Source: a bacterium (lineage in GTDB: Bacteria > Hydrothermota > Tepidihabitantia > SM23-42). From it: 64,000 nt of DNA. Within the stretch, counting starts at the first letter, position 1. The number at the start of each line of letters is the position of its first letter. Of this stretch, positions 58,274-64,000 are shown piece after piece. The stretch spans positions 36,533 through 100,532 of the forward strand of contig JBARXB010000057.1 of the NCBI GenBank assembly GCA_049647165.1. The letters run 5' to 3'. The translations under genes and the position numbers were made by a program. Under the pieces are notes generated by a model. The model had not been told where the DNA came from and did not search any database. It was given only the letters and a program-made list of their open reading frames with translations.

Positions 58274-59503
58274 CTATCCAGAAGTTGCTTTGTGTTGCCC
58301 TAGTGTAATCTTCTCTTCTTCGGTATCATGCTGACGTAATGATTCTATATAGTGGAGAATTGAATCACAGTGTTGCTGGAAATCAGCCATATATTCCTTT
58401 GTTACTGACGGTGCGCGTGGGATATTGACTTTCAAAGGATTTATCGGTACACCATTCTTGTGTAGCTCAAAATGGAGGTGGGGTCCAGTTGACAATCCGG
58501 TTGAACCAACGTAGCCTATCAGTTCACCCATCTTTACTTTCTTCCCATTATATAATCCTTTCGCAAATTTTGAAAGATGCCCATAGCGAGTTTTAAAATT
58601 ATTCTTATGTTTTATTTCAACAAGATTACCATAACCACCACGCCATCCCTTATATGTCACTACCCCGCTGCCGATCGTAGATACCGGTGCGCCAGTTGGT
58701 GCAGAGTAATCCAAGCCATGGTGGGGTCGCCATACTTTAAGGATCGGATGAAACCTTCTTTTACTGAAATAGGAACTTATATACGAGAATTTCAAAGGCG
58801 ATTTCAAAAGAGCTTTGCGGAGTGATTCACCTTGCAGATTATAATAATCCTCATGGCCACCAGCATCCCTATAATAAATACCATAATACAAACCGATTTC
58901 ACCATTGTAACAAGCCGCGAGTATATTTTGGTAACTTATGAACTGCGAGTCACAATAGGTTTTTTCCAGAAGTACAAAGAAAGAGTCTTGGTTCTGTGTT
59001 TCAGTAACAAAATCTATTTCCCAGGCAAATACATCTACAAATCTGTATACCAAATTGGGTGTTTCTCCTAATTCAAGAAGGGTTTCATAAAGAGTCGATT
59101 TTATCTCGCCACCAATAAAACACGGAATTGTGTCAATATATGGAAATTTCATGGAAACGCATAGGTACTCATTACTTTTAATAATATGATATTCACGTGT
59201 AATATTATGTTTGTAAATGATCTTCGAAAGACAACTATCTTCAAGCGTTATTTCAATAGAATCACCGGGCATGCAATAACGAAATGGGAATCCTGCACTT
59301 TCCATGGTATTCAAAACAGTATTAGTCACTTGAAAAGGCAACTGGCGGTTGAAAATATCCTCTAAAAATTCACCTTTTTTAACTGTATAACAGACATCAG
59401 TAACAACAACTTTGCGGGTTTCATCCTTCTTAGCATGACAACCTACTATCAATCCCAAAACAATTGCAATTGGGAGTAGTGAATTATATATTTTCTTTGA
59501 CAT
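58274..59503 (-). CDS. M23-family peptidoglycan metalloendopeptidase lipoprotein
   Basis: Start moved to MSKKIYNSLLPIAIVLGLIVGC (lipobox). HHGLDY and GSTGLSTGPHLHFE motifs. Confidence 0.85.
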   Translation of the reverse strand: MSKKIYNSLLPIAIVLGLIVGCHAKKDETRKVVVTDVCYTVKKGEFLEDIFNRQLPFQVTNTVLNTMESAGFPFRYCMPGDSIEITLEDSCLSKIIYKHNITREYHIIKSNEYLCVSMKFPYIDTIPCFIGGEIKSTLYETLLELGETPNLVYRFVDVFAWEIDFVTETQNQDSFFVLLEKTYCDSQFISYQNILAACYNGEIGLYYGIYYRDAGGHEDYYNLQGESLRKALLKSPLKFSYISSYFSKRRFHPILKVWRPHHGLDYSAPTGAPVSTIGSGVVTYKGWRGGYGNLVEIKHKNNFKTRYGHLSKFAKGLYNGKKVKMGELIGYVGSTGLSTGPHLHFELHKNGVPINPLKVNIPRAPSVTKEYMADFQQHCDSILHYIESLRQHDTEEEKITLGQHKATSG

Positions 59504-60389
59504 ATTTTTTGATCCAAGCATTTCTAAAAAAATTTCTATGAGCCAATGAATAACCCTCAACAGAAATTCCACCAATATCGCTTAGAGTACCCAGTATTTT
59601 CTGCATATCTGAAAAACCCCATATATCGAATTCGACCTGTATATATCTTTTTTTAAACCGGGAAGTGATGTTTCCTGAAAAGCCAACGCGGTTGACAATT
59701 CTTCGCAAATCCTTAATTCTCAGTTGGGTTGTCAGTGCAAGGTGAAGGTGTGCGTAGTTTTTTAGGGTTGACCAGTTGAAAGTCGGGAATAGCGAAATAA
59801 TCCCCTTTCTGTTTTTTCTTGACCAAATCATCCTTGAAAGTTTTATATCATTATCAGTTACCGGATTATTTACTAATGCGTTTATTTTTTCATAGTTCAT
59901 TTGCCGCAATTGATCATAGAGTTGGGCAATGAGCTGCCAACCTTCACTTATCATTATTTTTGGAACTTTAATATCATAGCTATCTATTTTATAGACTTCC
60001 GCATATTTGATACCTGGTGTTTTGTTTATTATCTGGTAGGTTTCCTTTAATTTCTGTGTGTAAAAAAGGAGCGATATATTAGGACATACTCCTTGTGGGA
60101 ATGTAAGATTCTCAACAATTTCTTCAAGACAAGGGATTGTCCTTTCAGCTTTAAAATAATTGGTCGTTTCAGCAGCAATACAACCCCAGTACCATTTACC
60201 ACCCATGATCGCAGGTAAAAATATTTTGATCCCATATTCCTCAATAAAACCCGCATCTTCAAAATTCTTAATACGAAAGAGTACTTCTTGTTTCGAAATT
60301 TGAAATTTGCTTATGATATCATGGATCGGGATACTTCCGTGCAACTCGAGCAAGCGAATTATCTTAAGATCAATAGGATCGATAATCAC
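59484..60389 (-). CDS. tandem Lrp/AsnC-like (HTH + RAM-like) protein
   Basis: N-terminal AsnC-type HTH (DLKIIRLLELHGSIPIHDIISKF). The second half repeats a similar fold pattern. Function unknown. Confidence 0.4.
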   Translation of the reverse strand: MIIDPIDLKIIRLLELHGSIPIHDIISKFQISKQEVLFRIKNFEDAGFIEEYGIKIFLPAIMGGKWYWGCIAAETTNYFKAERTIPCLEEIVENLTFPQGVCPNISLLFYTQKLKETYQIINKTPGIKYAEVYKIDSYDIKVPKIMISEGWQLIAQLYDQLRQMNYEKINALVNNPVTDNDIKLSRMIWSRKNRKGIISLFPTFNWSTLKNYAHLHLALTTQLRIKDLRRIVNRVGFSGNITSRFKKRYIQVEFDIWGFSDMQKILGTLSDIGGISVEGYSLAHRNFFRNAWIKKYVKENI

Positions 60390-60423
60390 GGTATCATTAT
60401 AAGCGAAAAGTAAATCAAGTCAA

Positions 60424-61794
60424 CTACTTACCAATGCAGAATTCATTAAATATCTTCTCGAGAATATCCTTGCGGAGAACTTTACCAGTGAGTTCACCGA
60501 TTATATCAAGGGCTGAATGAAGTTCAAATGCGAGGAGTTCTGGTAAAGAGGTATTCATACCCTTTTTTAAATATTTTTTAACCTGCGATAAAGCATCAAC
60601 ATGTCTCTGTCTGGTCAAAATTATTTGGTTTTTCAAAGGAATTTTAATAAGGTTTTTATTAATATTATCCTTTAATATATCTAAATTTTCACCAGTTTTA
60701 GCAGATACCTTTATTGAATCACTTAATATTGTGCTTTCACTAAGCTTCATATTTTTATCTATCTTATTGACGACAAGGATTCTGGTCTTATCTTTAGTAA
60801 GATTATACAATGAGAGGTCCTGTTCATTCAGCGGTTCGCTGCCATCAAAGACAAGAAGAACAAGGTCAGTTTGGTTTAGCAGGCTTAAACTTCTTTCTTG
60901 AGCCATGACATCAGGGCCTGTGGTTTTGTTGAGGAATCCAGCTGTATCGTATAACCAAATATAGAGACCTTGCAGCTCTATCCTATCATCTATATAATCG
61001 CGTGTTGTACCTGGGTCTTCATGTGTGATCGCCCGGTCATAGCCAATAATACCATTGAATAAGGTGGATTTTCCAACATTGGATCGACCTATTATAAGCA
61101 CCTTATAGCCTTCTTTGATTTTCCTCCCAATATCTGCACTATCGAGTAAAATATCTACCATCTCGATAATAGCTGATATTTTATCGATCGTCTGTGTATG
61201 TGTTTTAGCGGAAATATTCAGCACATCTTCCTCTTCGGGGAAATCAATATTTGCTTCAACGAGTGAGAGTAGGTCAACGACTTCAGAACGTATTTCATAT
61301 ATCTTCTGTGATAGTTTGCCCTCATACTTGGATATCGCCAGCCTTCTTGCTTCATCGCATGTAGCATGAACCGTATCAAGTATCGCTTCGGCTTGTATTA
61401 GATCAATCTTTCCGTTTAGCAATGCCCGTTTGGTGAATTCGCCCCGTTGTGCGACGCGACAACCAATACCGATCAGCAAACTTATAATTCTATCAATTAT
61501 TACCGGATTACCATGACATGATATTTCCGCGGCATCCTCGCCGGTATATGAATAAGGGTTTTTGAAAAATGTGACTAAGACTCTATCAATAATTTCATCT
61601 ATACTAGGATCAACTATACTACCATAGTACGCATGATTTGGCAAAAATCCAGAATCAGTGTTTTTTGAAATGAAAAGTCTATCTACAAATTCTCGGGTTT
61701 GGGAACCACTAATTCTGAGTACTGCAATGCTTGAATATCCAGCTGCTGTTGCACAAGCTACTATTGTATCATTCGAACTCATCGCTAGGAGCAA
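60424..61794 (-). CDS. mnmE: tRNA modification GTPase MnmE
   Basis: DTIVACAT N-terminus, G-domain GRSNVGKST, DTAG, NKID motifs, C-terminal FCIGK. The start may be at 61782. Confidence 0.95.
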   Translation of the reverse strand: MLLAMSSNDTIVACATAAGYSSIAVLRISGSQTREFVDRLFISKNTDSGFLPNHAYYGSIVDPSIDEIIDRVLVTFFKNPYSYTGEDAAEISCHGNPVIIDRIISLLIGIGCRVAQRGEFTKRALLNGKIDLIQAEAILDTVHATCDEARRLAISKYEGKLSQKIYEIRSEVVDLLSLVEANIDFPEEEDVLNISAKTHTQTIDKISAIIEMVDILLDSADIGRKIKEGYKVLIIGRSNVGKSTLFNGIIGYDRAITHEDPGTTRDYIDDRIELQGLYIWLYDTAGFLNKTTGPDVMAQERSLSLLNQTDLVLLVFDGSEPLNEQDLSLYNLTKDKTRILVVNKIDKNMKLSESTILSDSIKVSAKTGENLDILKDNINKNLIKIPLKNQIILTRQRHVDALSQVKKYLKKGMNTSLPELLAFELHSALDIIGELTGKVLRKDILEKIFNEFCIGK

Positions 61795-62368
61795 TGATCA
61801 CATTCTTGCTCACTCCTTTGCCGATCGTATAAATCTTTACACCTTTTATTTCTTCCAGTTTATTCTCGACGATCTGTTGTTCCTTTTTGGTCAAAGGGTC
61901 CAAAGCCATTTCCCTACCTGTTTGCAAGACAATGTGCGCAATGGCTTCTGCTTTCTTCTTCAGAAAGTTATTCCGACGCATCCGATAACCACCGACATCA
62001 ACTAAAATTTTAAGGTTCGGATGGAACCTTTTCATAAGCCGGGATATAAGATATTGGAGTGACCAGAGTGTCTCTCCTTTTTTCCCGATCAGAATAGCGT
62101 CGGTTCGTTTTGTTTTAATGTTTAGATATAACCCCTTATCATCTTTGGTTATAGTGACGTTCGGTTTGAATCCGCAACTGGAAAGGATAAAGCTTGCTAA
62201 TTCGGAAAGATGCTGGCGAGGTTCCTTGATAGTGGCTTTTATTTTCGTTTCTTCATCACTTTGTGATAAAACTTCGTAATCGACTTCCTCTTTCCTCACC
62301 CTTAATATCTTTATTCCATTTTCGATAGCTTCATTTAGATCAGCACCAGATGCCTCAACCGATTTCAT
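61769..62368 (-). CDS. jag: Jag/KhpB RNA-binding protein (KH + R3H)
   Basis: Start moved to MKSVEASG (ATGA overlap with the yidC stop). Jag_N, KH-like and R3H-like segments. yidC-jag-mnmE synteny. Confidence 0.85.
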   Translation of the reverse strand: MKSVEASGADLNEAIENGIKILRVRKEEVDYEVLSQSDEETKIKATIKEPRQHLSELASFILSSCGFKPNVTITKDDKGLYLNIKTKRTDAILIGKKGETLWSLQYLISRLMKRFHPNLKILVDVGGYRMRRNNFLKKKAEAIAHIVLQTGREMALDPLTKKEQQIVENKLEEIKGVKIYTIGKGVSKNVIIAPSDEFE

Positions 62369-63912
62369 TTCATGCCTCCTCTCTTGACTATTATATGTTC
62401 GATCAAAGTTAAAATATTGTATGAGAACCAATACAATTGTAGTCCTGACGGAAAGTTTAAAAATATAAAAACCATGAATATAGGCATGATAATAATCATA
62501 AGCCTTTGTCTTGGGTCAAGAGTAGTCATAAGTGACTGGATGAGCATAATAACACCCATGGCAATCGGCAGTATATATAGAGGGTCTTTTATAGATAGAT
62601 CTGTCAACCAAAAAATAAATGGAGCTTGCCTAAATTCAATTGATGATATCAGTGTTTGATAGAGCGCAAAGAAAATTGGCATCTGAATTAAAAGTGGCAA
62701 ACATCCGCCAAGCGGGTTTACTTTGTAGGTCTTATATAACTGCATCATCTCCTGGTTGAGTCGCTTGGGATCATCCTTGTATTTGTTTTGTATTTTCTTT
62801 AACTCGGGTTGTATCATCTGCATTTTCTGTTGTGATTGTATCATCTTTTTTGAAAGTGGAAAGAATATCAACTTCACTAATATTGCAAAGAACATAATGG
62901 CAAAGCCATAGTTTTTAAAAATAGAAAAGAGTAAGTTAAAAATCCAGAGTATTATCCTCGCGATAGGTCCCATTAGCCCGCCGGATGCCATCTGTTCGTA
63001 ACCTTCTTTAAACTTCGTTAACTCACTGTACTTAACCGGCAGCAATAATACTTCAATATTCAATATCTTCTTACCTATTATCTCTGCGCCATATCGGTCT
63101 CCACCACCTCGCATATAGAAACATCCAAATACCGCAGCATTAACGTCATTGTTGTTTATTCTCACATTAGCTGTTGCTTGAGGGGTATTATTATCCTTTG
63201 GTAGTTTATAGAACTTGATCGTATCGATAGTAGCCAGGTTATTGATTACGAGAGCAAAATACTTGGTTCTAAGGGCAAACCACTTGAAATTATCAGTATA
63301 ATATAATTCATCCTTTATTTTCTTTTTCAGTTGTTCTACTTTTTCGTTTTTCACATAAACATTGAAATGCCTTAGGTCTTCCCCCTTGTTTTTTTCCTCA
63401 GTTATGCGCAATCCTGCTTTGAGACTTAGAAGTTGCTTATCAACATCGGGAATTTCGGTTTGAAGTTTAAAACCATATGGACTATCAAAATAATAGATCT
63501 TAATATATATCTTATCATTGAACTGATATGTGAAGATCACTGAATCACCAGTGGACCTGCTTGCATAAATGGGGATTTCGTTATTTGGTAAACGGGAAAC
63601 GAACATATATTCATTTTCTGGGATGATGTTTACATTATATTCTTTTAGGTAAAACTCCTTAACTGAACCACCGGCACTTGAAAGAACTACTCTGAAATTT
63701 GATTTATCAATAACGATCGTATCCACATTTTCTGGCATTGTTGCAGGAAGCGGAATTTCATTGACATCAGAAGGTTTTAATATAGCAGTTGTATCAAGGC
63801 TGTCAGATTGAACTTGCTCAGCATCCTTGCCGGGTTTGCTCAACACATTCCACAACAGAAGAATAACGATGATCAGACCAAAAGCCATAGCTGTTCGTAC
63901 CCGGTCACTCAT
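62365..63912 (-). CDS. yidC: membrane protein insertase YidC
   Basis: Start moved to MSDRVRTAMAFGLII. Large periplasmic domain. Conserved C-terminal 5-TM core (PLGGCLPLLIQMPIFFALY). Confidence 0.95.
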   Translation of the reverse strand: MSDRVRTAMAFGLIIVILLLWNVLSKPGKDAEQVQSDSLDTTAILKPSDVNEIPLPATMPENVDTIVIDKSNFRVVLSSAGGSVKEFYLKEYNVNIIPENEYMFVSRLPNNEIPIYASRSTGDSVIFTYQFNDKIYIKIYYFDSPYGFKLQTEIPDVDKQLLSLKAGLRITEEKNKGEDLRHFNVYVKNEKVEQLKKKIKDELYYTDNFKWFALRTKYFALVINNLATIDTIKFYKLPKDNNTPQATANVRINNNDVNAAVFGCFYMRGGGDRYGAEIIGKKILNIEVLLLPVKYSELTKFKEGYEQMASGGLMGPIARIILWIFNLLFSIFKNYGFAIMFFAILVKLIFFPLSKKMIQSQQKMQMIQPELKKIQNKYKDDPKRLNQEMMQLYKTYKVNPLGGCLPLLIQMPIFFALYQTLISSIEFRQAPFIFWLTDLSIKDPLYILPIAMGVIMLIQSLMTTLDPRQRLMIIIMPIFMVFIFLNFPSGLQLYWFSYNILTLIEHIIVKRGGMK

Positions 63913-64000
63913 TAGTACCGCCCTCACAAAGATGTCTAAATTTGATCATATCAGCAAAGCGAAGACCTTTTGGCGGCACTGGATCCCATCCACCCGAACA
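63905..64000 (-). CDS. yidD: membrane protein insertion efficiency factor YidD (C-terminal part; runs off the right edge)
   Basis: Hand translation CSGGWDPVPPKGLRFADMIKFRHLCEGGTNE* contains the YidD GG(Y/W)DPVP motif. Its stop overlaps the yidC start. Confidence 0.75.
   Translation of the reverse strand, partial: CSGGWDPVPPKGLRFADMIKFRHLCEGGTNE

Overview
AT-rich 64 kb bacterial chromosomal window, densely coded, read by eye with no searches run. Most of it is housekeeping. Recognised genes include rseP-dxr-ispD, phoH-pgpH-ybeY-CNNM, nadB, ligA, hutH, valS, mutM, cca-like, dtd-yicC-gmk, pdaD, hisS, and mnmE-jag-yidC-yidD at the right edge. That last gene order suggests the origin region lies just beyond base 64000. 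There are two tRNAs, Gly-UCC and Ala-CGC. I recognised no rRNA, CRISPR array, transposase or integrase. Three secreted proteins end in a type IX secretion (T9SS) C-terminal sorting domain. Together with rubredoxin and the pyruvoyl arginine decarboxylase, this suggests an uncultivated anaerobe of the FCB-type lineages; that is inference only. The most unusual stretch is 48.7-52.4 kb. It holds an operon of a membrane-anchored protein plus a HEPN-like (Rx4H) protein, a strongly signalled 54-aa ORF, and a free-standing LAGLIDADG nuclease with a Zn-ribbon and HTH. It also holds a three-stem structured element and about 770 nt with no credible ORF. Each coding unit there has its own near-consensus promoter. 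A second candidate system is the 34.1-38.8 kb operon: 5'-nucleotidase plus a T9SS-tagged nuclease, flanked by two PorV/FadL-like barrels. Family names come from motif recognition and memory, and all motif coordinates were counted by hand.
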